A stretch of DNA of 63,891 nt, the filler included, from Octopus bimaculoides (lineage: Eukaryota): the NCBI RefSeq assembly GCF_001194135.2. It is 8 parts of 7 records of this genome, joined end to end, with 100 filler letters (N's around TTAATTAATTAA, not from the genome) between each part and the next. Parts side by side here need not be neighbours in the genome. Positions count along the whole stretch, not along the records: positions 62,249 to 63,891 come from NW_026433106.1; 7 more parts are not named here. One strand, given 5' to 3'. A model generated the notes under the pieces. It worked only from the letters and a program-made list of their open reading frames with translations. It did no database searches and was not told the DNA's origin. The translations under genes were made by a program, and so were the position numbers. Shown here in pieces: positions 63,877 to 63,891 of this stretch. Every line of letters starts with the position of its first letter. Within the stretch, counting starts at the first letter, position 1.

Positions 63877-63891
63877 GGGCCGTTTTCGTGC

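Overview
AT-rich, gap-riddled animal genomic DNA whose SINE, LINE and microsatellite content looks like a coleoid cephalopod, probably Octopus (inference from repeat style, no search run). Almost all ORFs in the supplied track are microsatellite or N-run artefacts. The one host gene I can support is a plus-strand SLC16/monocarboxylate-transporter (MFS) gene: a first coding exon starting at 50135 that runs into an assembly gap, and a 144-nt internal exon at 57107-57250. The rest is mobile-element material: tRNA-derived SINEs (CORE-type, Meta-type, V-like), mariner relics and TA-flanked MITEs, a hAT/Charlie-type element with an 8-bp TSD, a Helentron/HINE-like element, Tx1/L1, RTE and CR1-like LINE fragments, and five R4/Dong-like LINE 3' ends sitting in or beside (TAA)n or (CATA)n microsatellites. 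The most notable signals are (i) several unrelated minimal type I hammerhead-ribozyme-like motifs, one with a compensatory U3-A8 core and one apparently on a tRNA-headed SINE, (ii) microsatellite-associated R4-like retrotransposons including a possible (CATA)n specialist, and (iii) fold-back and inverted-SINE structures around the transporter exon. TTAATTAATTAA islands inside N-runs are assembly spacers.
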